Shown here: positions 48,326 through 63,083 of the stretch, one piece after another
How the letters are laid out: every line of letters begins with the position of its first letter
Position numbering within the stretch: the stretch's first letter is position 1
Assembly (NCBI RefSeq): GCF_009914755.1
Contig: NC_060932.1
Origin: the human T2T-CHM13v2.0 reference genome, Homo sapiens
DNA: 64,000 nt
Reading direction: 5' to 3' (one strand)
Program-made: the position numbers and the translations under genes
The notes under the pieces: model-generated
What the model was told of the DNA's origin: nothing
The model's input: the letters and a program-made list of their open reading frames with translations, nothing else
Database searches by the model: none

Positions 48326-49171
48326 TACCTAGAAGTTTCAGTAGATATATAATACAAAGTTAAGAAATTAACCAATAGAAGAATTAATGTTAATAATATC
48401 ACAAAAAATTGTGGGTAACAAAGGAGAAGTGGGGAGTATGTAAATGTCTTAAATTCTAATCCATTGTAGGGTGAGTCAATAGAAAAATGTATACATTTGA
48501 TATTTCAAGACACAGGTTCTTAATCCCTACGGAAGGCATTATGGTAATATTATGAACACTAAACAGGAGCATATCTGTCGGCACATTTCCCAATTCTGGA
48601 ATTTTCATTTTTGAGAATTCACCCACACACTGGAACACCTATGAAATGATGTGTGTGATATGCTTTTCATTGCAGCAGGATTTGTATGAGTAGAGGATTT
48701 AACTGTCCAAATGTCCATCAACAAAGTCTGATTAAATAAACTATGATATCTCCATTCAAGGATTGATATGAAGAGATTACCTAGATATTATATAATTATT
48801 ATATTATTATAGAGTGTAAGTGGGAGTTAAGTGAAAAGTCAAGAAGCAAAGCAGTACACGTAATATGCAATTGTTAGTGGAATGACACTGATGAGAATAA
48901 GAATGTATATTTGTATTTGTCTATGCGGGCATAAAGAAATTTGGAAAATAAATTCTATAAGTTCAACAAGAAATAAGAATAACAGTTAACTTGGAGATAT
49001 AGAAACGAACTAAAATAGGGTTAAAAGACCAAAGAGAAGAGATTTTTATTAATTACCTCATAATAAATTTCAGTTTTTAAACCATGTTGACAAGTAATCC
49101 ATGAAAAAATAAATTGAAAAATTGTATATGAAAATATAGCCTAACAGAATAAGTAAAGTCTAAAAGATATA

Positions 49172-49580
49172 TGTGGTCAGGAGAATAATGATCCCCAAAG
49201 ATGTTTATGCCTTGATCCCCAGAACCTGTAAATTTGTTATCTAATATGGTAAAAGAGACTTTGCCAATGTGATTCCAGTTATGGACTTTGATATGGAGAG
49301 GTATCCAGGTGGGCCCATATGGATCCCTAAAAGTAGAGAACATTTTCTGTCTGTGGTCAGAAAGAGATGGATCTATGGAATAAAGATGAGGCTTTGAAGA
49401 TGGAGAAAGGGAGCCACAGCTAATGAACATGAGTGACCCCTAGAATATGAAAAAATCAGGGAAAAAAATTTTTCCTTCTAGCCTCCAAGACGGAATGCAA
49501 CCTTGCCCACACCTTGATTTTAGCTCAGTGAGGCTTCTGTTGAACTTCTAACCTGTAGAACAACAGGGTAATATATTTGT
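49172..49580 (+). mobile_element. MLT1D-like LTR lacking its 3' terminus
   Basis: tgtggtcaggagaataatgatccccaaagatg...cacaccttgattttagctcagtgag...aatatatttgt runs directly into L1. Confidence 0.85.
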
Positions 49581-51597
49581 AAGGAAGGGGTCCAGTTTCA
49601 CTTTTCTGCATATGGCTAGCCAGTGTTCCCAACACCGTTTATTACATAGGGAATCCTTTCCCCATTGCTTGTTTTTGTCAGGTTTGTCAAAGATGAGGTG
49701 GCATTATTTCTGAGGCCTCTGTTCTGTTCCATTGGTCTCTAGATCTGTTTTGGTACAGTATCATGCTGTTTTGGTTACTGTAGCCTTGTATTATAGTGTG
49801 AAGTCAGGTAGTGTGATGCATCCAGCTTTGTTCTTTTTGCTTAGGATTGTCTTGGCTATATGGGCTCTTTTTTGGTTCCATATGAAATTTAAAGTAGTTT
49901 TTTTCTCATTCTGTGAAGAAAGTCAATGGTAGCTTGATAGGGATAGCATTTAACCTATAAATTACTGGCCATTTTTACGATATTGATTATTCTATCCATG
50001 AGCGTGGAATGATTTTCCATTTGTTTGTGTCCTCTCTTATTTCCTTGAGCAGTGGTTTATAGTTCTCCTTGAAGAGGTCCTTCACATCCCTTATAAGTTG
50101 TATTCCTAGGTATTTTATTCTCTTTGTAGCAATTGTGAATGGGAGTTCACTCATGATTTGGCTCTCTGTTTGGCTATTATTTGTGTATAGGAAGGTTTGT
50201 GATTTTTGCACATTGATTTTGTATCCTAAGAGTTTGCTGAAGTTGCTTATCAGCTTAAGGAGATTTTGGGCTGAGATGATGGGGTTTTCTAAATATACAA
50301 TCATGTCATCTGAAAACAGAGACAATTTGACTTCCTCTCTTCCTATTTGAATACCCTTTATTTCTTTCTCTTGCCTGATTGCCCTGGCCGGAACTTCCAA
50401 TACTATGTTGAATAGGAGTGGTGACAGAGGACATCCTTGTCTTGTGCCAGTTGTTAAAGAGAATGCTTCCAGCTTTTGCCCATTCAGTATGATATTGGTT
50501 GTGGGTTTGTCATAAATAGTTCTTATTATTTTCAGATACGTTCCATCAATACCTAGTTTATTCAGAGTTTTTAGCATGAAGCGGTGTTGAATTTTATCGA
50601 AGGCCTTTTCTGCATCTATTGAGACAATCATGTCGTTTTTGTCATTGGTTCTGTTTATGTAAAGGATTATATTTATTGATTTGCATATGTTGAACCAGCG
50701 TTGCATCCCAGGGATGAAGCCAACTTGATGGTGGTGGATAAGTTTTTTGATGTGTTGCTGGATTTGCTTTGCCAGTATTTTATTGAGGATTTTCGCACTG
50801 ATGTTCATCAGGAATATTGGCTTGAAATTTTCTTTTTTTGTTGTGTCTCTGCCAGGTTTTGGTATCAGGATGATGCTGGCCTCATAAAATGAGTTAGGGA
50901 GGAGTCCCTCTTTTTCTGTTGTTTGGAATAGTTTTAGAAGGAATGATAACAGCTCCTCTTTGTACCTCTGGTAGAATTCAGCTGTGAATCTATCTGGTTC
51001 TGGGCTTTATTTTTTTGGTTGTTAGGCTATTAATTACTGCCTCAATATCAGAACTTGTTATTGGTCTATTCAGGGATTCAACTTCTTCCTGGTTTAGTCT
51101 TGGGAGGGTATATGTTTCCAGGAATTTATCCATTTCTTCTAGATTTTCTAGTTTATTTGCGTGGAGGTGTTTAAAGTATTCTCTGATGGTAGTTTTTATT
51201 TCTGTGGGATCAGTGGTGATATCCCCTTTATCATCTTTTATTGTGGCTATTTGATTCTACTCTCCTTTCTTATTTATTAGTCTGGCTAGCAGTCTATCTA
51301 TTTTGTTAATCTTTTCAAAAAACCAACTCCTAGATTCATTGATTTTTTGAAGGGTTTTTCATGTCTCTATTTCTTTCAGTTCTGCCCTGATCTTAGTTAT
51401 TTCTTGTCTTCTGCTAGCTTTTGAATTTGTTTTTCCTTGCTTCTCTCATTCTTTTAATTGTGATGTTAGGGTATCAATTTTAGATCTTTCCTGCTTTCTC
51501 CTGTGGGCATTTTAGTGCTGTAAGTTTCCCTCTAAACACTGCTTTAGCTGTGTCCCAGAGATTCTGGTACATTGTGTCTTTGTTCTCATTGGTTTCA

Positions 51598-51628
51598 ATT
51601 TTAGTATATGTGCTACTGAAGCAAGCAC
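51598..51628 (-). pseudogene. Tailless U6 snRNA retropseudogene (U6 nt 1-31)
   Basis: The - strand reads GTGCTTGCTTCAGTAGCACATATACTAAAAT versus U6 GTGCTCGCTTCGGCAGCACATATACTAAAAT (28/31). Perfect TSD gttctcattggtttca at 51582-51597 and 51629-51644. Confidence 0.93.
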
Positions 51629-51723
51629 GTTCTCATTGGTTTCACAGAACTTATTTATTTCTGCCTTAAGTTCGTTATTTACCCAGTAGTCACTCAGAAG
51701 CAGGTTGTTCAGTTTCTATGTAG

Positions 51724-52034
<311 letters not shown>

Positions 52035-52666
52035 TTGAGTTAGTTTCTTAATCCTGAGTTCTAATTTGATTGCACTGTGGTCTGCGAGACTGTTTGTTAT
52101 GATTTCTGTTCTTTTGCATTTGCTGAGGAGTGTTTTACTTCCAGTTATGCGATCAATTTTAGAATAAGTGCAATGTGGTGCTGAGAAGAATGTATATTCT
52201 ATTGATTTGGTGTGGAGAGTTCTGTAGAGGTCTATTAGGTCTGCTTGGTCTGGAATTGAGTTCAAGTCCTGAATATCCTTGTTAATTTTCTGTCTTGTTG
52301 ATCTTTCTAATATTGACAATGGGATGTTAAAGTCTCCCACTATTATTGTGTGGGAGTCTAAATCTCTTTGTAAGTCTCTAAGAACTTGCTTTATGAATCT
52401 GGGTTCTCCTGTATGGGTGGATAGTTAGCTCTTCTGTTGCATTGATCCCTTTACCATTATGTAATGTCCTTTGTCTTTTTTGGTCTTTGTTTGTTTAAAG
52501 TCTGTTTTATCAGAGACTAGGATTGCAACCCCTGCTTTCTTTTTTTTCTCTCTCTTTTTTTTTTTTTTTTTGCTTTCCATTTGCTTGGTAAATATTCCTC
52601 CATCCCTTTATTTTGAGCCGATGTTTGTCTTTGCCCGTGAGATGGGTCTCCTGAATACAGCACACC

Positions 52667-53445
52667 ACAGCCAACAACCATATGAAAAAAGCTCATCATC
52701 ATTGGTCAACAGAGAAATTCAAATCAAAACCACAATGAGATACCATCTCACACCAGTTAGAATGATGATCATTAAAAAGTCAGGAAACAACAGATGATGG
52801 AGAGGATGTGGAGAAATAGGAACACCTTTACACTGTTGGTGGGAGTGTAAATTAGTTCAACCATTGTGGAAGACAGTGTGGCAATTCTTCAAGGATCTAA
52901 AACCAGAAATACCATTTGACCCAGCAATCCCATTACTGGGTATATACCTAAAGGATTATAAATTATTCTACTGTAAAGACGCATACACATGTATGTTTAT
53001 TGCAGCACTATTCACAATAGCAAAGACTTGGAACCAACCCAAATGCTCATCAATGATAAACTGGATAAAGAAAATGTGGCACATATGCACCATGGAATAC
53101 TATGCAGCCATAAAAAGGATGAGCTCATGTCCTTTGCAGGGACATGGATGAAGCTGGAAACCATCATTCTCAGCAAACTAACACGGGAACAGAAAACCAA
53201 ACACCGCATGTTCTCCGTCATAGTGGGACTTGAACAATAAGAACACATGGACACAGGGAGGGGCACATCACACACCAGGGCCTGTCTGGGGGTGGGGGGC
53301 TAGGGGAGGGATAGCATTAGTAGAAATACCTAATGTAGATGACAGGTTGATGGGTGCAGCAAACCACCATGGCACGTGTATACCTATGTAACAAACCTAC
53401 ACATTCTGCACATGTATTCCAGAACTTAAAGTATAATAAAAAAAA
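52667..53445 (+). mobile_element. Sense 3' part of the L1PA7-like element
   Basis: acagccaacaaccatatg...tacctaatgtagatgacaggttgatgggtgcagcaaaccacc...aacttaaagtataataaaaaaaa. Confidence 0.93.
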
Positions 53446-53489
53446 GTTATTTTAAAAAAAGAGCTAATTACACTCAAAGCCAGAAGAAC

Positions 53490-56225
53490 AAAAAAACCTA
53501 AGTGATACTACATCTATTATAGAAATTAAACTTGTAATAATAAAAAAAATACTTTCCCACAATGTAAACTACAGGCCCAGATGGCTTCACTAATGAATTT
53601 CATCACATATTTAAAGAAGACATAATACCAGTAATGTACACTCTTTCAGAAAATATAGTGTATGGGGATATATCGCATACCTTATGAAGTTAGCGTTACC
53701 CTTATTCATACCTAACAATGGCAGTACAAGAAAAGAAAATTAGAAATGTCCCTCTTGAACATACATAAAAACATTTAACAAGATATTAGCAAGTCAAATA
53801 TAGCCAGGTATAAAAAGGATGATATATAATAAACATGTATCAATTTTTTCAGAAGTACAAGGTTGGTGTAACATTCAAAACAATCAATATAATTCACTAC
53901 ACTAACAGAATACAAGAGAAAAGCCATATGAACATCTCAGTAGATGCAAGAAAAAATAACAAGTCTTTAGACAAAAACTCTCAGGAAACTCAGAAGTGAA
54001 AGGAACTTTTCAATCCAATAAATTGATTAGTAGAAGGTTTAACCTAACATTACACTTAATGTTGAAATTCATTTCACCTAAGAGAAGGCAAGACTGTTAC
54101 CATTTCTATTCAACATTGCACTGGAAGCCAATACAGCACAAAAGACAAGAAAAAATAAATTAAAAACATAAATTTTGGAAAGGAAGAAGTAAAACTGCCT
54201 GTTTCCAGACAACACAATTGTATATGTAGAATACCCTACTCAAATGATACTATGAGATCCATGTACAAAAAGCAGTTGTATTTTGATGTAATAGCAGAGA
54301 ACAATTGGGAAAAAATAAGATAACATTTAGAGTAGTATCAGAAAATAAAACATTTAGGATTAAATCTAAAACAATATGTGCAAAACTTCACAATAAATAT
54401 AAAGGAAAGGTATATAATTGCTATGCTGACAACTAGAAAACATTACTACACGAACTTAAAGGCACTGAAATAAATGAAAGATACACTATGTTCATGGATT
54501 AACAGACTTAATATGTTTAAGATGTTCATTCTTCCAAGTTTATTTATAAACACAAAGGAATCTCTCTCAATGTTTATTTTGAAGAGACCATCAAGCTGTT
54601 TTAAAATTCAAGCAAAAAGACTAAAGATGTATAATAATCAAATAGATATTGAAAAAGAACAAAACTGGAGGATTCGCCCTTTATTTCAAGACTTACAATA
54701 AAGTTGCGATGATCAACAAAATTTCATATTGACATACACAGAGACAAGTAGCAATATGGAACAAATATAGTTCAGCAATAGACTTGCATGTGTTGTTGAT
54801 AAATTTTTACAAGACTCCAGTCAATTCAAAGAGGAAAGGATAATCTTTATAACAAAATATTTCTATGGGAAATAAATGAGCTTAAACCTCTATCTTTATA
54901 CAAAAAAGAAGAAAAATTCAAGACAGATCGAACATTTAAGCATAAATCCCAGAAACATAAAGATTCTAGAATAAAACATAGGAGAATATATTTATGAATT
55001 TGGTGTGGGGAATTATGTCTTAGGCAGTACAAAAAAAGTCACTGATATAAAATTTTCTAAAATTACAATGTGGGCTTCATCAATATTATCAATATCTACT
55101 ATTAAGAAGACAGGATTAATATAATCAACAGCAAGATCTTAGACTGAGAAAATGTTCACAGTACATAAATATGAATAAGGATGTGTATGCAGAATGTGTA
55201 AAGTACTACTGCCTATCAACAGTAGTAAGAAAAATACCCAGTTATAAAATGGGCAAAAGACTTGACTGACACTTTGCAGAAGAAGATATGGTCATGTCCA
55301 GGAAACACATAAGGTAGTGTTCGACATTAATTATTAGGAAAATTTGATTTAAAACCACAGTTAGATATTATTTCATATTTTCAGGTATGGCTGAAATTTA
55401 AATATGATAAAAGTAAAATACAAATAAATATTTTCGTGTGGGAAAAAATGAACCATAATCATTAGCTTCACTTTATGAAAAAAATAGTAATTCAAGACAG
55501 ATCAGACACATTGCACATAAAGTGCAGACCCATAAAGATTCTAGAACTAAACATAGGCAACTATAACTTTGGTGTCATGAGTTGGCATGTGACACGGTGA
55601 GGTGAGGAGCAATTGGAACTGCTATACCTTGCTGATGTTAGTATCAAATTACACAAGTTTGGAGAAATCTTTGACTATTTCCTTTAAAGTTAGACCTACA
55701 TCTACCCTGTGACTCAGCATCTCCATTCCTAAATATTTAACAGAAGAGTCAAAAAGAAACACAAAAGATTTTTACAAGAATGTTCATAGCAGTCTAAGTC
55801 TTAATAATAAAATAATTGAAAGGCACAAATATTCATCAACAGGAAAATGAATCGACAAAGTGAAGTTCATTAGGATACTGGAATACTAGTAAAAAGTAAC
55901 AAACTGGTACATGTAAGAACATGGAAAAATCTTGGAGACATTATTCAAAGAGAACAAAACTGGAAACACCTAAAGGATATATTGTATGATTTCTTTTAGT
56001 AAGATAGTCAATACTAAACTGTGGTGATAGAAGTCCAAAAGTAGTTGACACTGTGAAGAGAGGTTTGACTGAAAAAGGTTATAGGTTAACCTTTCAGGGG
56101 GATGGAGAGGTTCTTTATCTTGTTTTTGGTGAAGGTAACACATGTGTATACAGTAGTCAAAACTGATCTAACAGAAAATGTAAGAAAAATACATTTTATT
56201 GTATGTACTTATGCTTTAACTAAAA
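53490..56225 (+). mobile_element. Old L1M (ME/MC-type) ORF2 and 3' end
   Basis: caggcccagatggcttcactaatgaatt; tctattcaacattgcactggaag; acaagaatgttcatagcag. Confidence 0.8.
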
Positions 56226-56419
56226 ATAATATTGGCTGAAACATCATTTATAAAGGGGCTAGTTAGGGTAGCACCTTGATTTAGATAATTATTTTTATTC
56301 CTTGTCTATCAAATGCAGGGTACTGTGGCACTGATTGGTGAGGAATTACCTCCCACAAACCCCTAAAATAAAGAAATAGAGAAAGGGAGGAGGAAAAAAT
56401 GACTATATCTTTTTCTAAT

Positions 56420-56660
56420 TAATCAACAAATAATTTTTTGAGTATCTACTACCTCCTCTATTCTAGGCACTGGAAATAGAATGATAAATCAGATGACTCA
56501 TTGCCTTCACAAAGCTTCTAGTGGGGAGAAAAACAGATAGTTCAATTCAGAGATTCTGCCTGAATTGAACAAGGGAAGTCTACACTGAGAAGATGGCATT
56601 TGAGTAGGCTTAAAGTGAATAATGGTGGAAGCCACTTGGAATTTAAGGAAAATAGATACG
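56420..56660 (-). mobile_element. L2 fragment
   Basis: caacaaataattttttgagtatctactacc...ctaggcactggaaatag. Confidence 0.6.
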
Positions 56661-58528
56661 TTTAAGAATTTATTTTGATAGTGCAGATAAATTATTTTTG
56701 CATATTATAGTTCTTTGCTTATTTTGTTCTTTTATGTAGAAATAATATAAAAATAAGAAAACTAATTATGGTTTAAAATTTCTAGTAGATCATTACACTT
56801 TGTTGAAAAAAATAGATTTGGCACAGTATAGACTTTGGAAAGTGGGAGGATCTCATTATCTAATACATGAATGAAATTCTGTTCTTACAAAACCAAGTGA
56901 TGGTGCTTGGAAATCCTCCATGCACTGGTCAGCATTTCTCACACATGTGAGTGGAGCTAGGATTTCCACTCCCTGCATATGTTTAGTGTGTCACCCTGGA
57001 CATCTGCTAATGTTGAACATCTGTTTTCTGTTTTCATTGAAAGATGTTTAATTTGGAGTGCCAAAAAGAGATGGGGTCATTAGTTATTCTACAGTGTGAA
57101 GCTATCCAGTAAATTGTCCTTGTTTGAGGAATAATAATGTCAGAAAAGCTATATCCACTATAATTAATCCTAAAGTTTCCTTCACATTGAGAGTTATTAC
57201 AGACATGAGTTTAAAAGAAAATGCCAAACTATGACGAGTCTCTGAGAAAAAACAAAAGTGATTTCATATAGTATTTATCATACAGGAATTATTGTAAACT
57301 GGTATTTTTTGAACACTTAGAAAACATGTAAGTTGTGAACACAGGAAGATACTTATGTGTCTGTAGAATTAGCTAATATTTAAATTATGCTTAGTATTGT
57401 TTGAATTCATTCATATTTTCTTGAAATGAATAGTCCATGTTGCTTACCCTCTATTAATTGGTTTATTTGATTTTTAAAAAATTAACTGTGACAAGTTATT
57501 GTCATGTTGAGCTGAAAGCTTACTATGTTAAGTAACAGACCATATTCCAGAAGAGAAATAAGCTGTTGTACATTATATGCCTTTTATATTTGTATTATAT
57601 GTGACAATGTATGAAACCAGATTCACTATCATTTGAATTATTTTGATCATCAATAGGCCATAAGGTACTATTACAGGTTTTTATATGAATAGTTGGAATG
57701 TTAAGTAGTGTACCCCTTTTTCTGCTTAAGAAATATGTTTTTATATTCATATATTTAATAAAGTCCTTCTAAAATATGTAAAATGCAGTAGAAGCATAAT
57801 CACATCCTTCTAAAATATAAAAATGCCCTTTTACATTTGATAACTAAAGCTCTGTGTTAGATTATTGGTAAGAAAGTTGTGGGTTTTTAATTTTTATATG
57901 CATAGTATAGACACATTTATTCAACTTGTATGTAGATTTATATTCATTCATGTTTGCAATTTGAATTTTAAAACGGTAAAACAAAAAGGATGATATACAC
58001 AGAAGAAATGGAATAATGATCTTAGTGTCACATAGCAGTATAGAGATAATGTTGGTCAAATCTTTAATTTTAAAATGGGGAACAAATCTTAAAAATATCT
58101 CACCCCTCTGTTTTTTACTTGTTTACATTTTATAAAATGGTAGTGTTATTAAGATGCAAGAATGCCTGGGAAGACTTGTATGTACTTGGAGTGGGGAGGG
58201 TATGGGTGTGCCTTGCTTTATATAAACAAAGCTAAATTCTTTATATATGATGATTTGTTACTATAAGTACCAATACAACTATTTTTTATCCTGTTTTTCT
58301 GAAAGTCTCACTTTATTCTTTACATTTTTGGATTGTTCCAATAACTTACCCTATTTCTTTTTACCATGTGCCTATCCAATGCCTCTGCTATTATTTTCCA
58401 GCTGCCCAAAATTAAACATGTCAAGGCTTGCTTTTATTATAAATTTAGTGGCAAAAATCATGGTATAGAATACTAAATAATCGGAAAAAGTGCTCATTTA
58501 TTCAATCTAATCTTGTGTTCCTTTGTAG

Positions 58529-58588
58529 GAGGATGTCAAAAATGAATATTTGAAAAAGGAACAACAAAAAGAATGGAAAGATTTCAAG
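58529..58588 (+). CDS. CNBD1: Internal 60-bp coding exon EDVKNEYLKKEQQKEWKDFK; probably CNBD1
   Basis: Acceptor ctaatcttgtgttcctttgtag, donor AAG|gtataa; phase 0-0; purine-rich; continues exon 15868-15935 in frame. Gene name from recall. Confidence 0.72.
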
Positions 58589-58849
58589 GTATAATAATAT
58601 ATACCAACAAAATAAATAGGATAATTATTCTTTCCTTATAGTAGAATATATTAAATTAGTGATAACTTCAGAAAATATAAACATTAAGGGAAATTAAACT
58701 TTTATAATGAATGAATGTTAAAGAAAATATTTCTACTGAAAACATATTCTTTAGTCCTTTATATCTTAAAAGAGCCTGAAAATAAATTTGTAGTAAGTCC
58801 ATATTTTTTCTTCCAAATTTAGAGGGAAGAAAAAATGCATTAATTACTA

Positions 58850-59035
58850 CAGTATGCTAAGCAGTTTATGTATGTTGTCTCATTTAACACCTTTAACTAT
58901 AATTGTTGCCTTTCTTATTTTATGGAAGAGGCCACTAAGGCCTGGAGAAATTAAGGAACTTGTCTGAGTAACACAAGTAGTTAATAAAACTGCCAGTAAT
59001 CTGACTCAGGTTTGCCCAATTCAAACTATAATGAG
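58850..59035 (-). mobile_element. MIR
   Basis: tattttatggaagaggccactaaggcctggagaaattaaggaacttgtctgagtaacaca. Confidence 0.65.
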
Positions 59036-61064
59036 TTCTTCACAATTTGTTGTGCTTTCTGCTATAGAATGCAGTTGGCAAGCGAGAATAATATACTATT
59101 TTATAATATGTATGTCAAAGGAAGAAAATATTGACTATGGTGATTTTAATACTGCTATGGGATTAATCCAAATTTTTGGCACTTTGAAAATCTGACTACC
59201 AGAATCATCATCACCATTGACATTATGTCTCATGTCTTCACCATTGCTTATCCAACACCTTCAGTAAGGTATGCACAGTGGGTGAAACTCTTTAAAGATC
59301 TCAGTTAACTACATCTTTAAATGTATTGAGAAACAAAATAAAGATAACTTGGAGACTTTGAAGCAGCTGAGAAATACAGTCTCTTCCTGTAGTAGAATAT
59401 ACAAAAGGAATACAACATAAAGAGCTAAGATAATGTATTGTCTTTTAAAGAAGCACCTTCTCTTTTATTTGTTTCGCTAACACAGTAGCTTAATATGCTA
59501 TGAGATACCAGACCATAAATAGAAATTAAAAATGGCAGGCAGAGATTTTAAATAGGGCATTCTTTTAAACAAATATACTCTGGTGGACTCCTTAGATAAA
59601 TAGAAGGGTAATGATTTTTCAAACAGCTCCACTTTGGGCTCTGAGCCTGGAACACCATAGGTAAGTGCTGCACATCTTCAATGTGGCTTTAAGCCTCTTC
59701 CTCTCTCTGTGTCATGGGTGTGCAGAAAAGGGTAGGGACACTCACCCACTTAGTAAGAAAAAGTAGGGCAGGAAAACTTTCCAAATATTTGTTTCTGTTA
59801 AGAGGCAAACAATGAAACAAAAAGTGGGATGAATTCCCATGTTAAAACACCACCTCACATAATCATCTGCAATGATGCAATCTTTGGCAGACGGGCAGTT
59901 TGCTCTTGCCTTGATAAATTTCTAATTTTCTGTTTCTGGTAAGCTAATTCTTATGAGTTTGCACATATTATTGTAAGTCTAGGGGACCTATTTAGTTCCC
60001 ATCAGGGATCTGCATTTTTCCAAATATATTAATTTACTAAAATATGAAGCCTAAGCCTATTGTTGAAATATACACATACTGTTCCTTTTACATTCTAGTT
60101 CCTCCTAAAATAAAATGTCATTTCTTTACTCCTGTATGTCATATTAAATAAATAAAGAAAACATTTTAAGACTTTCCTATTTTCCTAAGAAAACGTACTA
60201 ATTTCCTTTTTTAAATTACATGCAGTTTGGTAATTAATTTTGCCCCTAACAACATCTCCTGCCCTACTGAATTTCTTATGTTGAGTGAATGAACGAATGA
60301 CATGCCTATCATCTTAGATGCTATTACTTCTGAAGTGGCACAGAAAAAAATGGGCAATAACTTTGTAGGTGTCACCTCCAATCTATATGGAAGTAAGTTC
60401 CCTGGCAAGTCTGGGAGCTCAAGTTTCTTCCTTTATTCAAGCTGTTGTTTCTTTAATGATACCCTGCTGTCAGTCACAGTGTCACCATATGTTTAGAAAA
60501 CGATTCAGTGATCTCCTAGCTGGATACATCAGAATCTCAGATTTATTAAAGTTATTGTGAAAGCAATTTATGAAGAGCAATTTGCAGAGATTTGTCTGAA
60601 GATTGTTGCTCTCATCCCAAGTCCTAAAATCTGGATGATTTGCCCACTGTGTAAATTCACCTGAAACAGGAATTCTTGTTAAAGATGTCTTGTTACCTGG
60701 TATTTGATGATTGCTTCTTGCAGGATATCCGTTCTGGCACCAGGGATTTATCATAGAGGTCAGCCTTGACTTCTTTTCTTCCTGTAGTGTATCCATCAGG
60801 GAATATTGGAAAAACTAGACATTTAGAAAACATTTTTATGAGAGTAACTCCATCAGATTTCATAGTTTGTGGACATTACATTGCACTAACTAGAATAGAT
60901 TATGAGCTTTCATGTTCATGTTTTCTAGCCTACTAGCCTTAAGCAGTATAAGTATTCTATAGACGTTTTTCTGATTGGTTCATAAAAACTAAGAAGCTGA
61001 GAAGCAAAACTGACTGTAACTAAGAAAAAATTGAAAAGAATACGGTAAAATACATAGTTGTGCA

Positions 61065-61246
61065 CAGTGATGTGTTAATCGATGTTTACAAAACTGTTTC
61101 CCTCTACTCCCCCAAAACTCTTGATTTGTAGCATTTTCCAGTTTTCATGTTGTAAATAATCCTGTTATAGCCACTTACATGCAGCTGGGAAGAGATGCAC
61201 AGAGTCAACCCTAATGGTACTGCGAGCCCACTCCAGCACGCCACTG
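61065..61246. mobile_element. MER63-like hAT DNA transposon
   Basis: Imperfect terminal inverted repeats cagtgatgtgtt / agcacgccactg; internal gggaagagatgcac. Confidence 0.7.
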
Positions 61247-61353
61247 CTTCCAGTGAGATTGTGCACCTGTGGTGGGGGTGGAGTTAGGAGAGGTGGGGCA
61301 ACCACTTAGACCTACTGTGGAAGATTAAGTAAAAGGTAGAAATTTGGAGAAAA

Positions 61354-61420
61354 ATATCATTATTGCTAACAATAATGATATCAGTATTGCTAACAACAAT
61401 ATCTGTATTGCTAACAACAA
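61354..61420. repeat. Three-copy ~21-24 bp tandem repeat
   Basis: tattgctaacaa core repeated three times. Confidence 0.85.
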
Positions 61421-61703
61421 CAAAAACATTTCCTGGATTTGCCATATAATCTTTCTATATTTTCTTGCTGGTTCTCCTAAATTAACTTTTCCAGTGAACA
61501 GTATTTGATGTCTATGCTTCTTGTTTATTTTTTCATTTAGACAGTATATACCATGCAGTCTTGGCCCCCGATGTCCCTGCATTCTTGTCTCTAATCAACT
61601 CTTTTGCTCTTCTAAGTGAGTTTGAACTCTTCAATGAACCATTCAGCTTTTTGTGCATAATTTTCCCAAGGTTTCGCCTTTATGACCATCCTATTGAGTT
61701 TAG

Positions 61704-62008
<305 letters not shown>

Positions 62009-63083
62009 TTGAGTTTAGTTTTCTTACTCTTCCAGCACAAATTCTATTTTGAATCTGTTACTTGTATTTTCCTTGACTCCTCTTAACCAATTTCAGTCTT
62101 TCTTCAACCAATTCTAGTCTTCCTTCAAGCTACAACATCCACCATATTTTATAAAACATTTCCTGATTGCCCCTCACTTGCGCTAATAGTCCTCTCTTAG
62201 TGAACACAGATAGTCTATAATTTACAATTAGGCACTTGGTTATGTATTGAACTAATATTGCCTAATGTTTTATATAGGTGCCTCCCATTATCTTTTAAAA
62301 TATATTTTAAGGTACTTGTGAACAGAGACCATAGAAAACCAAATAGCCCTGAACCTACAGGGAAACCTAATAACAACTGAACGTTAACTTGACTATAGAA
62401 CCGGAAAAAATCAGTTTGAAAAATAAATGTTTTTATAATGCTTTTATCAGGTTTTGGTTGCATAACCTTAAAATATTTGAGTCATTTTAGCAATTTGAAC
62501 TAAAAATTGATAGGATGAGAACAGTAACATCTATTTTGCTTATTTGTATTCAGAATAGGGTTTTTTGGTATTTTTTGTTAAATCATCTTTGAATGAAATA
62601 TTAAAGTAGTATGAATCAGAGTAGAATTATGAGTCAGAGAAGAAACCCGTTTTAGGATTAAAAAACTAAAGCATATAAAACCACTAGAAAAAAATGAGCA
62701 TGAAATTACTTTTCAAAATATCTGAAGTAATCACTCCACGTTAGCTTACAAACTGTATTCAGAAATTTTTAATGTAAATATTCAATAGGTTGCAGAAATA
62801 AAAGTACAAATCATGGACTCAGCTCTGGTACTTAGCTATGAATTTCTCATGCGTTAAATGGTTTTATGCATTTAGGAAAAGGAGTCCAGTAGAAAAATCG
62901 GTAGTCTAATTTTTAGTGGGCATACTAAGTGATTAATAGTATCTGTTGCAGTTTATTAGGCTTATTTTAACCAATGTTGATACTTCTTTTCAAGAAGAGA
63001 CAGCATGGTCACAATTTATTGCACATCTCCAATCCGTGCTACAAAAGCACAACTCAAATAACCCCACAGAAATACCCTCAGAA

